64,000 nucleotides of DNA from Lama glama. Taxonomy: Eukaryota. The position numbers were made by a program, and so were the translations under genes. The stretch lies in the NCBI GenBank assembly GCA_028534125.1, contig CM052832.1, positions 21,268,001 to 21,332,000 on the forward strand, read 5' to 3'. Below are positions 22,499 to 34,201 of the stretch, one piece after another; within the stretch, counting starts at the first letter, position 1, and every line of letters begins with the position of its first letter. The notes beneath the pieces were generated by a model, which was given only the letters and a program-made list of their open reading frames with translations, was not told where the DNA came from and did not search any database.

Positions 22499-24396
22499 AT
22501 ATTTCTTACTGAAGTATATAGTCAGTTTACAGTGTGTCAGTTTCTGGTGTATGGTATAATGCTTCAGTCATACATGAACAGACACATAATCACTTCCATA
22601 TTCTTTTTCACCATAGGTTTCTGCAAGATACTGAATATAGTTCCCTGTGCTATACAGTATGAACCTGTCTCTCTCTTTTATATATATTTGTTAGTGTCTG
22701 CAGATCTCAAACTCCCAGTTTTAACTCTTCCCACTCCCTTCCCCGCTAGTAATCGTTTGTTTTCTATGCCTCTGAGTCTGTTTTGTAAATAATTTCATTT
22801 GTCTTTCTTTAAGATGCCACATATAAATGATATCATATGGTATTTTTCTTTCTCTTTCTGGCTTACTTCACTTAGAATGACCATCTCCAGGTCCATCCAT
22901 GTGGCTGCAAGTGGCATTATTTTATTATTTTTTATGGTTGAGTAGTATTCCATTGTATAAATATATCACAACTTCTTTATCCAGTCATCTGTCAGTGGAC
23001 ATTTAGATTGCTTCCATGTCTTGGCTATTGTAAATAGTGCTGCTGTGAACACTGGGGTGCATGTATCTTTTCCATTAGAGTTTTCTCCAGATATATGCCC
23101 AAGAGTGGAATTGTTGGATCATATGGTAAGTCTGTTTTTAGTCTTTTGAGGAATCTCCATACTGTTTTCCATAATGGCTTCACCAAATGACATTCCCACC
23201 AGCAGTGTGGTTCCCTTTTCTCCACACTCAAATTAGGATTTATCATTTGTGGACTTTCGAATGACGGCCATTATGACTGGTGTGGGGTGGTACCTCATGG
23301 TTGTTTTGATTTGCATTTCTCTGATAATTAGTGATATTGAGCATTTTTTCATGTGCCTGTTGGCCATTTGTGTGTCTTCATTGGACAATTGCCTGTGTAG
23401 GTCTTCTGCCCATTTTTGGATTGGGCTGCTTGTTTTTTATTAAGTTATATGAACTGTTTATAGTCTGGAAATTAAGCCCTTGTCAGTCTCATCTTTTGCA
23501 AATATTTTCTCCCATTCCATAGGTTGTCTTCCTGTTTTGTTTATGATTTCCTTTGCTGTGCAAAGGCTTGTAAGTTTAATTAGGTCCCATTAGTTAATGT
23601 TTGCTTTTATTTGTATTGCTTGGATAGACTGCCCTAGGAGAACATTGCTAAGATTTATGTCAGATAATATTTTGTCTATGTTTTCTTCTAAGAGGTTTAT
23701 AGTGTCTTTTATGTTTAAGTCTTTAAGACATTCTGAGTTTATTTTTGCGTATGGTGTGAGGAAATATTCTAACTGCATTGATTTACATGCAGCTAGCTCT
23801 TTAGTTATCCCAACACCATTTGCTGAAGAGACTGTCTTTTCTCCACTATATATTCTTGCCTCCTTTGTCGAAGATTAATTGACCATAGGTCTGTGGGTTT
23901 ATTTCTGGGCTCTTCATTATGTTCCATTGATCTGTGTCTGTTTTCATGCCAGTTTCACACTGTGTTGATTACTGTAGCTCTGTAGTATTGTCTCAAGCCT
24001 GGGAGGGTTATTCCTCCAGCTTCATTCCTTTTTTTCAATATTGCTTTGGCAATTCTGGGTCTTTTGTGATTCCATGTAAATTTTAGGATTATTTATTCTA
24101 GTTCTGTGGAAAACATCCTAGGTAATTTGATAGGGATCACATTAAATCTGTAGATTGCTTTGGGTAGTATGGCCATTTTAACAATATGAATTCTTCCAAT
24201 CCAAGAGCATGGGATATCTTTCCATTTCTTTAAGTCATCTTTAATTTCCTTAGTGTTTTGTAGTTCTCCATGTATAAGTTTTTCACCTCCTTGGTCAGAT
24301 TTATTCCCAAGTATTTTTTTTTTTGGATGGAATTTTAAAAAGGATTGTTTCTCTACTTTCCTTTTTTGATATTTCATTGTTAGTGTAAAGAAATGC
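22499..24396 (-). mobile_element. 5'-truncated lineage L1 (about 1.9 kb; ORF2 C-terminal remnant plus 3'UTR)
   Basis: Translated pieces [36 protein letters not shown] and LPYDPTIPLLGIY are L1 ORF2; frameshifted. Confidence 0.95.
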
Positions 24397-24412
24397 AGCA
24401 GAGTGTATTTTA

Positions 24413-24614
24413 TTTACTTATTTTGTTGAAGTACAGTCAGTTACAATGTGTCAATTTCTGGTATACAACACAATGTCCCAGTTGTGCATATACATACATA
24501 CTTGTGTTCATATTACTTTTTCATTAAAGGTTATTACAAGGTACTGAATATAGTTCCCTGTGCGATACAGAAAAAACTTGTTTTCTTTATTTTTATATAT
24601 AGTAGCTAACATTT
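24413..24614 (-). mobile_element. About 200-bp young L1 3' end
   Basis: TTGAAGTACAGTCAGTTACAATGTGTCAATTTCTGG terminus; TSD AGCAGAGTGTATTTTA (24397-24412) / AGCAGAGTATATTTTA (24615-24630). Confidence 0.9.
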
Positions 24615-24819
24615 AGCAGAGTATATTTTAATTACTCATTTACCCTGCTGTACCCCAACCCTGGGTAAGCTCCCTGAGGTCAGGGAACATGCCAGATTTT
24701 CTGTTGTATTTCTGGGGCCCAGCCCAGTGTGGTCCATCAGAGATCCCCAATAATCATTTGCTGAATGACTGCTGACTGCATTTGTCAAAGTAACATCACT
24801 GGGGGAAGAATGGGACCAT

Positions 24820-25000
24820 TTATGTTTGTAGAATGTTTTCAAGCATTTCCACAAACATCTCATTTGATTTCTATGGAACAAACAAGCAAGGATAATTCCC
24901 ACCTTTACAGATGTGGAAACTGAGTCTCAGGCAAGTTAAAGCCCTTACCCAAGAGGCTGTAGCATGCAAGAACTGAGGCCCACTTCCTCCCTTCCTGGGG
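24820..25000 (-). mobile_element. MIR SINE
   Basis: CCCACCTTTACAGATGTGGAAACTGAGTCTCAG. Confidence 0.8.
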
Positions 25001-26369
25001 CTGCTTTTTTTTGTGTGTGTGTGTGTGTTAGATGGCTCCATCCTTCTAAAGCAGTCTGTATAAGACACCGCGTGTACTTTAGACTAAGGGCTGATCTCTC
25101 CAAGTAGGAGTTACAAGAAAGCGAGAAACAGCAGCGTAAAACCTGGACAAGCAAGCTGGTTGGAAAACTGGAGCTGATGACGGAAAGGAACACAGTAGAC
25201 GGGGCTTTTGTGGAGGGGCTTTGGGAAGGTGAGGGGATGAGCCTTGAGGATGTGCCCACCTCTAGGTTTAAGAAGTGGGTCAAAGTTCTTACCATTCATT
25301 TTCCAGAGGGTTTGAGGCCAACACAAATTATTCTGGTTCTCTTTCCTCTCTGCCTGCCTCTTTGAGACCTCAGGACACTTAAAAACCTTCCTCTGTGATT
25401 CTTGCCCACTGACACATAGATGTGATTTGGGGTCCATCAGCCAAATGGAAACCAGCCACCTGGCCTACACTTTCCTCTGATCCACTCTGATCTTGCCATT
25501 CAGAAACTGATTGATAGCCCACTACATACCTTTCTTGGTATTTAGAAAATTGCTGGGTCAAAAGGAGCCACTCTTGACCACAGTTGGTGTTGATGCTCAA
25601 GAAGAATGAATGCTTTTCAGAGTTTCATGCCCCAGGTATCAGTAAGAAAGGTGCTGTGACTGACAGTGTTTAATTTCATTATCCCTCTTTGGAGGCTTAT
25701 CATTAAATGATGCATTGTTAGAAAGGTTGCAGAGTTAAGCGGAAGTGTTCTTCCGTGCTGCCTTGAATTTTCAGTCCCTTCTGCTTTGTGAGTTAGGATA
25801 ATGGCTGTTCTTTAGATATTACTTTCCAGTCTTCAAACCACTCTCAGCTACGTTCTCTCAATTTGACCTCGAACTTGGAGCCTACAGAATTTAGACAACT
25901 GAAAGCCATCCAGATGGTGAGTGAGCAGATTGGAGGCTCAGCTCCTGGGCAGACTCTGGGTTCTCTCCTCACCCCTCTGAGACAATTCCAGCCAGGCCCC
26001 AGCTGCTGCCCAGTCAGAGGCTAGCCTGCCAGGACAATTCACAGGAGCATGGACAGCACTCCTTACAGCTTAAAGGCTTCTGAAATCAAATTCTGAAGAT
26101 GAGCAGTTTGGGGAGGAAAGGACTGAGTGAACTCTTAGACCAAGTTCAACAAAGGCAGAGCCCATTTGCATTCTCATACTACGAGTGTTGGCTGTTTCAG
26201 TAGAGGAACTGTGAACGTTCAGGAATTGTAGTCTCAAAGATTTCATGCATTTCCAATGATGGTCCGTTACGATAAGGCCAGTTGATGGCAGGAAGGCAGT
26301 AAGATACTGGGTAAAAAGCATGAAATAGGGACTGAAACGGACATCCCTTTCAAGCAGCTTTGCTGTGGA

Positions 26370-26550
26370 CTGGCTGTGTGACCTCAAGAAGTTACTTACT
26401 CTCTCTGGGCCTTAGTTTCTTATTTTTACAATGTATGTAATAACTACTTTGTAATGTTGTACGGGTTTGTGATAGCATGTCCCTCCCGCCACTTAGAACA
26501 CCAGCTCATTAGTAGATGCTGGGCTAAATCTGTTGAATGGATGAAATGAA
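26370..26550 (+). mobile_element. MIR core fragment followed by an L2 3' tail
   Basis: GCTGTGTGACCTCAAGAAGTTACTTACTCTCTCTGGGCCTTAGTTTC; GTTGAATGGATGAAATGAA. Confidence 0.6.
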
Positions 26551-27739
26551 TCTGAGATAACGTTTGGTGCCCCTCCTGTAGAGCCTGGCACGTGGTGAAA
26601 ACAAGGGTTTTTAGCTCTACAGAAGCACTAGAAGTTTTCCCTAAACTGATCTAGCAATGTAACAAAAATAAATGTGTCTGAAAGAGATGATTTGTCTGGT
26701 TATTGTGAAATCAATCCCAACTCTCGTTCTGGAGACTTAAAAGACTGGAGGGGAAGAAAGTGTCTTTTCAATCGGTTAAGAGAAGGGGCTTTACCCTGGT
26801 CTTCCTCATGCTTTCTGGCTGACAAGCACAGGCTAGCTGGAATTTTCGGTGGGTTTGTGAAGTTCAGGCCATTGGTACACCCAAATTGCACCACATTTGC
26901 AAATCTTGTGTAAGTTCACAATAGGGCATCGTCTTTTCTGCTCCGGGGTATGAGGGTTGTCTGGAAAAAAAGGTTAGCTGTTGCCATTACGGAACCTGGT
27001 GTAGCCAAGACCACAGTGCAGCATGAAGTAGAAATAAACCATGAGCTCTCGACCCGTTTGCCAAGTGATTTACAAATGTGTTTACTTAAAAAGTAAGTGT
27101 AACACATAATCTTGTATAATACTATGTCTAGGGAAGTTTGGTGACTCCACCATCAAGTGCCCACATTATATTCAAGTCATGGCTTCACATCTCCCTCATT
27201 GGAGCTCAGATCGCTTTTTAGCTTTATCCAAATGCATTTCAGTAAACTAAACAAATCTTGATTTCCTGGTCTTTTACTTAGACCTCATTTATCCAGTTCT
27301 TTTTTTTTTTCCTTGACATACCTGAAACTAGTTTTGAACAAGAGGCACGGCATTACTCTTAGAACCTCAAAAAGCAAAGTGCTGTTAGGAGTTTTCCAAT
27401 GAACTAGATGGAGAGGAAAGAGGTGTTCTTGTATTTTCTGGTATTTCATGGTGCCTTGAGAGGCAGGGAATGTAAAGCTTTGAAAGAGTGAATCAGATAA
27501 TCATAGACCTAATGAAATCACCTGATCCAGGCTTCAGGTAACAGAATGTCTAAGTCTTCTAAGACACATAATAATGAATATTTCTTAACTTCAAGATCTC
27601 GAAGGAGAGAGGCATCACTGTCTTCCTCAGTAGTCAGACTGGAGGGTTAGAAACTTTTATCTACATCCAATTGAAACAACTTCTGTCATCTACATGATAG
27701 ATGGAAAATAACTGATCAGGCTTCTTGTGGAAGACAGAC

Positions 27740-28213
27740 TGATAGACCTAACATCCACTCCTAATCACTTTTTCCCATTCCATCTTCACTATAGAATCTG
27801 GAGGAGTTAACCAGTCACTACCCCAGCTTCCTTTGTAGACAGAAATAATGATGTGAGTATAAACTCAGGCTAATGTTCAGTGGATAAATATCTGTTGGGG
27901 GTAGTGATGAAGAAAGACTATGGATAAGTTTTTGTCTTCCTGGTAGACTATCACAAGCATGTCTTGCAATAGCCCTTTTCCTCCCTTCCTGTCTTAAATG
28001 CAGATGTGATGCCTGGAGCTACAGTAGCTATCCTGGAACCATGAGGGAAAGGGCAAGAAAGTCACAGAGACACTGGTCTTACATTTTTGAGCTATTGAAC
28101 CAGCAACCACTAACCTCTAAACTTCTAATAAGAAAAATCCACCCCTGTTCCTTTAAGCCACTATTGTTGGGTTTTCTGTTACTTGCAGTTGACCTCAGTA
28201 CTATCTGAAATGC
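27740..28213 (+). mobile_element. MLT1 (I/J/K-like) LTR
   Basis: GATGTGATGCCTGGAGCTACAGTAGCTATC...CCATGAGG...TTTAAGCCACTATTGTTGGGTTTTCTGTTACTTGCAG. Confidence 0.8.
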
Positions 28214-28372
28214 ATTATCTAAAAGACTTCATGTGGCCAAAGAGTCAGATCAATTCAAATTCTCAAGGCAGGCCCTGTTTTTCCACTGCACTTTTATAAA
28301 TTCCTCCCTTCCCCAATCAAAACAGGTTCATGAAGGCATTGCTTCCTTTATTATTTTTCTCCACTTATTCTT

Positions 28373-29782
28373 TATGTTTTTAAATTGAAGAATAGTTGAT
28401 TTACAGTGTTATGTTAGTTTCTGATATACAGCATAGTGATTCAGTTATATAAACATACATGCTTTTTCATTATGGGTTGTTATAAGATACTGAATATAGT
28501 TCCCTATGCTATACAGTAGGACCTTGCTGTCTATCTGCTTTGTGTATAGTAGTTTGTATCTGCTAATCCCAAACTCCTAATTTGTCCCTCCCCCGGCCTT
28601 TCCCCTTTGGTAACCGTAAGTTTGTTTTATATGTCTGTGAGTCTCTGTTTTGTAAATAAATTCATTTGCATCATTTTTTTTTTAGATTCCACATTTAAGT
28701 GATACCATATGGTATTTGTCTTTCTCTGTCTGACTTACTTCACTTAGTATGATAATTTCTAGGTCCATCCATGTTGCTGCAAATGACATTATTTCATTCT
28801 TTGTTGTGGCTGAGTCTATTCCATTGTGTGTGTATGTGTATACCACATCTTCTTTATCCATTCATCTGTCAGTGGATATTTAGGTTGCTTCTATGTCTTA
28901 GCTATTGCAAATAGTGCTTCTGTGAACATTGGGGTGCATGTATCTTTTCAAATTAGAGTTCCCTCTGGAAATACACCCAGGAGTGGGATTGCTAAATCAT
29001 AGGATGTGTCTATTTTTAGTTTTTTGGGGAATCTCCACACTGTTTTCCATAGTGGCTGCACCAAACTACATTCCCACCAGCAGTGTAAGAAGGTTCCCTT
29101 TTCTCCACACTCTCTCCAGCATTTATCGTTGGTGAATTTTTTTAATGATGGCCATTCTGACGGGTGTGAGGTGATACCTCATTGTAGTTTTGATCTGCAT
29201 TTCTCTGATAATTAGCAATGTTGAACATCTTTTCATTTACCTATTGGCCATCCGTATACCTTTATTAGAGTAATGTCTGTTTAGGTCTTCGGCCCATTTT
29301 TTGGTTGGGTTGTTCATTTTTTATTGAGTTCTATGAGCTGTTTGTATATTCTGAAGTTAAGCCCTTGTCAGTGGCACCATTTGCAAATATTTTCTCCCAG
29401 TCTGTAGGTTGTCTTTTCATTTTGTTTATGGCTGCCTTTGCTGTGCAAAAGCTTATAAGTTTAATTAGGTCCTATTTGTTTATTTTTGCTTTTATTTCTA
29501 TTGCCTTGAGAGACTGACCTGGGAAAATGTTGCTATGATTTATGTCTGAGAATGTTTTGCTTATGTTTTCTCCTAGTAGATTTATGGTGCCCTGTCTTAT
29601 ATGTAAGTCTTTAAGCCATTTTGAGTTTATTTTTGTGTATGATGTGAGGGAGTGTTCTAGCTTCATTGACTTACATGCTGCTGTCCAGCTTTCTCAGCAC
29701 CACTTGCCAAAGAGACTGTCTTTTCTCCATTGTAAACTCTTGCCTCCTTTGTCGAAGATTAATTGACCACAGGTGTGTAGGA
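28373..29782 (-). mobile_element. 5'-truncated L1 (about 1.4 kb)
   Basis: ORF2 remnant MKLEHSLTSYTKINSKWLKDL; 3' terminus TTGAAGAATAGTTGATTTACAG; degenerate TSD ending TTATTCTT on both sides. Confidence 0.95.
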
Positions 29783-30481
29783 CTCTTATTTATTCTTGGT
29801 TTACCTCCTTCTCTGCTCCCGTCCCTAAATCTGCTCCATCTTTAAAGGCACATACTTGTCTGTAGTCTCTCCTGTAGACCGAGCCCTACACAATTCCCCA
29901 GTAAAATACTTAAGTGTGGTCACTGTGTTGCCTAGACTTTGCTGCAAAGTCTCAATTGTTCATCTGCTTCTCAGGTCCCTTTCCTGGAAATGCAAAGAGT
30001 AGGAGATACACACTGAATGAGATGAAAAATAACATGAATAGCCATGGGTTACTTTAAAAATGTTACATACCATTAGTTCTTCCATCATTCCCAGTAACCA
30101 TGGAGCTTCTGTAAATAAAAAGGAGGTTCTATGAAGCAGTGGTTCTGATGCCAGAAGCTTTTTAAATAATCTCAGTTCCATTAATGCAAAAGCTTTTTTT
30201 TTAATGACTCAATTACTCATTAGTCAGAAGAAGAAAAATTGTCCCTATAAATTAGTTACTAAATGAAATAAGATGGCTGAGTTGGATTATCTTTGTTTCC
30301 TTCTAGCTTCAAATTTATGATTATAATGAACTTTTCAGGCTTTTGCTTGATAAAAGCAAATCTCTCCAAATAATCCGGTGATATCTTTAGAGAACTAAAC
30401 AAAATCCATTTCCTTCTCTTCCTGAATAGTTCAGTCCCAAAGCCAGCAGATGAAGCAGAGGAAAGTAGAAGTTCACGGTGT

Positions 30482-30501
30482 GGGGAGGGAGGGGGGCAGG
30501 G
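30482..30501 (+). other. G-quadruplex-forming tract
   Basis: GGGG-A-GGG-A-GGGGGG-CA-GGG. Confidence 0.55.
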
Positions 30502-30637
30502 CGGCTAGAATGGAAAATCAGAGCCCAAGTAGGGTGAGGAAGGTGTCCCCATAGAGGAAGCGGTAGCCAACAATGGAGGATCGGATCCCAAATGAAGAAG
30601 ATTGATCAAACAAGTATACCAAGAGTAGTGGACACCA

Positions 30638-31159
30638 AGAATGAGTCTGCTTGGGCTGCCGTAACAAAATACCACAGACTGAGTGGCTTACACAACAGAA
30701 CTTCATTTTCTTATATTTCTGGAGGCTGAACATCTGAGATCAGGGTGCTAGAGTGGTCCCCTTGCGGGGGTCTCTTCCTGGCTCTCTCATGGATGGCTTC
30801 TGTGTCCTTTCTCATATGGCAGAGGGCTCCGGTGTCTCTTTCTCTTCTATTGGGCTTTAAAAAATTTTTTTGTTTCTTTTTTGGGGGGGTAATTAGGTTT
30901 ATTTTTTATTTTTCTAACGGAGATGCTGGGCATTGAACCCAGAACCTCATGCATCCTAAGCACACACTCTAACACTGAGCTATATCCTCCCCACTTCCTC
31001 TTATAAAAGCACCAAATCCATCAACAAGGATCCACTCTCAAGACCTTATTTAAACCTAACTACCTCCCAAAGGCCACGTTTTCAGATATCATCACATTGA
31101 GGGTTAGAACTTCAGCATGTGAATTTGAGGGGAATGGGGATACAATTCAGTCTACATTA
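30638..31159 (-). mobile_element. MLT1A-like LTR interrupted by a SINE
   Basis: GGGCTGCCGTAACAAAATACCACAGACTG...TCTGGAGGCT...CCTCCCAAAGGCC...CACATTGAGGGTTAG...TGAATTTG. Confidence 0.85.
30851..30992 (-). mobile_element. vic-1-type tRNA-derived SINE
   Basis: Reverse strand reads GGGGAGGATATAGCTCAGTGTTAGAG...GGTTCAATGCC...AAATAAACCTAATTACCCCCCC. Confidence 0.9.
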
Positions 31160-31199
31160 TGATATCTCTCGCTACGAGAGTAGGGGGGTACAAATGACA

Positions 31200-32365
31200 A
31201 AGACATACTGGGAGAAAACTAGAATGAAGTGGTGCAGTTGGATTGGAAGTGGAGAAATTAGCACAAACTCATGGTTTCAATATAGAGATAGATCTAGAAA
31301 TACAGAGGTAAATGTACATGAAAACGTGTATGTGCAAATAAATATATTTCCTAGCTCTGTCCCCTTAGAGTGTCTGGGGAATGAACACAGTCAGGGTCCA
31401 GATCTTGGCGTCTCTACTAAATAGAACCACAGCTCCTTGAAGAAATGGTTAATTCCAGGGTTGGGGCAGGCAAAGTACAACAGGAGCCTGAAACACATCT
31501 TTATGCCAGAAACTAAAGGAGCACTCAAAAATGATGGTGTCAGGTCAAAAAAGCACAGAAGGCTGCTTGAATGGACTTGTACTGGCCAAATGTGGGATAC
31601 TCTGAGCATTAAGGTAAATAATTATATAAAGAGATTTAGGAGATCAAATAAAATAGGGAACTGTGAATCCTTAAGTATTAATCAGTAAAAATTGAATGAG
31701 GAATGGTATATTTATATAGTTACAAACTAGCACCCCACAAATCACTTATTCATTAGAAAGGGAAAAAAATTAGTAATAACTGCAGTCGAGAAGCTAGGCA
31801 AACGTTAGCTTAGGCACAGTCAGACTGAACACTGCCTGTAAGGGGCCAAGTTGAAATAGTGCACCACTTGGCAGGATGCGAAGAGAACAGCGCGCCACCT
31901 CTGTGTTACCGCTGCCCCAGATGTGTAACCTGAATCTAGTCATCAGAGAGGAGCCAATAAATCCTCACGGAGAAATATTCTACTAAGTAACTGTCCTATA
32001 CACTTCAGAAGCATGGCAAGCTCATGAACCCCCCCCCCAAAAGACGGAGGAACTGTTTCCAACAGGAGGAGAGTGAAGATGGGTGATCACTAAAGGCAAT
32101 GTGCGAGTCTAGATCGGATCCTTAAGCTGTAAAGTTGAGACACTGATGAGAACCGAAGGATGGTGAGTAGGCCCTGAGGATTAGCAGGCAGCCGTGTATC
32201 AGTGTTAATTTCCTGACTTTCCCACCACGTTGATGGTGGTACTGTGCTCATGTAGAAGGTCCGTAATACTATGGAAAAATCACACTGAAGTATTCAGAGT
32301 GATGGGGCATCAGGGCACCACTGACCCTCAAATGTTCAGAAATGTTCTTTGTACTGTAGCTAAAT
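31200..32365 (+). mobile_element. Old L1 3' UTR (L1MD/L1MC-type)
   Basis: TTTCCTAGCTCTGTCC...CTCCTTGAAGAAATGG...GGGCAGGCAAAGTACAA...AACCTGAATCTAGTCAT...GTTAATTTCCTGACTTT. Confidence 0.8.
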
Positions 32366-32487
32366 TTATTTTACTTTGAAATTTAAATTTTAATGGGGCA
32401 TTTTTAAAACAATGAGTCTAAAGCCAAACCTAATACATCTTAAAAGCAAAATCAACAAGTTTTTATTTATCAAAAAACTGGATAGCC

Positions 32488-32722
32488 CAAACCCATAAAG
32501 TATACACCACCAAGAGTGACCCCTAAAGTAAACTATGTACCTTGCGTGATGCCGACGCATCAGTGTAGGTTCCTCAGCTGGAACGAGTGACCCTCTCTGG
32601 TGGGGGGTGCTGATAATAGGCAAGGCCATGCGTGTGTGGGGGCACGGATTATATGGAAAAATCTCTACTTCCCTCTCAATTTTGCTGTGAACCTACAACT
32701 CCTCTGAAAAATGAAGTCTTTA
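32488..32722 (+). mobile_element. L1MC1/2-type 3' end
   Basis: CAAGAGTGACCCCTAAAGTAAACTATG...CTCAATTTTGCTGTGAACCTA. Confidence 0.8.
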
Positions 32723-32813
32723 ATAAGAATGGTAATAATAAAATGCAATCAGCAACCTCTTTGTTGTAGACTTTGCACAAATATGTACTTAGCCTTATTA
32801 CAGGATACAAGTA

Positions 32814-32991
32814 CAGGTGGTTCCCAACTTACAATGTGTAGACTGATGACTTTTCAACTTTATGATGGTATGAAAGCAGTATGCATTCAGTAGAAACTGC
32901 ACTTTGAATTTTTAAAATTTAATTTTTATTTATTTATTGAAGTATATTGGTTTATCTGGATGTAGCCCCATCATAATTCGAGGAAGGTCTG
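32814..32991. mobile_element. MER47/Tigger5-type MITE with deleted centre
   Basis: TA|CAGGTGGTTCCCAACTTACAATG ... CCCCATCATAATTCGAGGAAGGTCTG|TA. Confidence 0.75.
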
Positions 32992-33072
32992 TATATACTG
33001 AGCTTACTGGACAAGCATTTGCTAGACACCTATGTAATGCAAGGCCAAGTGCTGTAAGTATTTTTTAAAATA

Positions 33073-33530
33073 CAGTTGACCCTTGAACAACATGGGTTTG
33101 AACTTCGTGGGTCCATTTATAAGCTGATTTTTTCAATAAATTAGAGTACCTGTATTCCCATTTTACAGATCTTTAAATGAACTAAGTGTGGGGAAAAGTT
33201 TGTGTTTGATTAGAGATCACAGTATGTAGAATCAAAAGAACTAGGGTTCGAGGGGGGAGGGTATAGCTCAATGGCAGAGTGTGTGCTTATTATGCACGAG
33301 GTCCTGGATTCAATCCTCAGTACCTCCATAAAAATAAATAAACAAATAAACCTAATCTCCCCTCCCACCAAAAACAAGAACTAGGGTCAAACTTTTTCAG
33401 CTGCCTGCCCTTGGGTGGGTCATTTATCAATTCCTTTGTTTTGAGGCAGAGACAGCAGTATGTGGGTTTTCCACTGTGGGGGTTTTGGGGTTGGCACCCC
33501 TAATGCCCTGAATTGTTTAAGGGTCAGCTG
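33073..33530. mobile_element. Tigger2-type MITE carrying a SINE insertion
   Basis: TA TSD on both sides; TIRs CAGTTGACCCTTGAACAA / TTGTTTAAGGGTCAGCTG (16/18). Confidence 0.9.
33250..33375 (+). mobile_element. vic-1-type tRNA-derived SINE
   Basis: GGGGAGGGTATAGCTCAATGGCAGAG...GGATTCAATCC; 12-bp TSD AAGAACTAGGGT at 33236-33247 and 33376-33387. Confidence 0.92.
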
Positions 33531-34201
33531 TAGTCATATTGGAGTCTGCCTGTATGGAACTCATGAGCTGGTTACACATGTATGTTCCTTAACCACAATC
33601 CCATTGTATGTGATTCTAGTGGACAAAGCATTTATTTAAACCCTTCCTTAAAACTACACACATGTTAACAACTAACTGCAGAGAGGAAAGAAAATTGAGC
33701 TATGGGTTCGGAGTTGACCTCATGCAGGAGAATGAGGCATATTCACAGTAAGTTGCAGATTCCTAGAGCTGGACCCTCATGGCATACATTGGTTTGTGTA
33801 TGCTGTATTGTACGTCTTTGTGATATCTACCACACAGGTTTAGATAGACTTGATAAAATCCCTCTGGTGACTTTCATCTTTTACCTTCTCAATGGAATGA
33901 TGATACCTACACTGAAATGAGACTTACCAAATAAGGAATGGTTTATTTTTTAATAAACTTTTTTATGGCTGAGTAGTAGATTCTTTGAACAGTCCAGTGG
34001 CCTGCTGGGTGTTGTTGGGCCAGCAGATGGTTACACTTAAAACAGGAATGTATGCTTCTTCAAACAGCCTCTTGCTGCCATGGCACCTCACTTTGCAGGG
34101 CATGTCCACTGTCCCTCAATTGAGCTTTTGTTTCCACTTGTAAAAGTCAAGTCTAGATGCTAGCATATCCCCAATCAAAATTCTCTAAAACCCCCAATTT
34201 A

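Larger units (their letters stand above)
22200..24770 (+). mobile_element. L2 LINE 3' region split by two L1s (pieces about 22200-22480 and 24631-24770)
   Basis: GCCTTTGTGCATGCTGC...GGAATG...ATCCTTCAAGA before; GTAAGCTCCCTGAGGTCAGGGA...CAATAATCATTTGCTGAATGA after. Confidence 0.7.

Noticed and set aside
8784..33251. GGGTTCG precedes two SINE heads, suggesting a shared 5' leader
   Set aside because: At 33.2 kb most of the word belongs to the TSD, and the third copy lacks it; probably coincidence.
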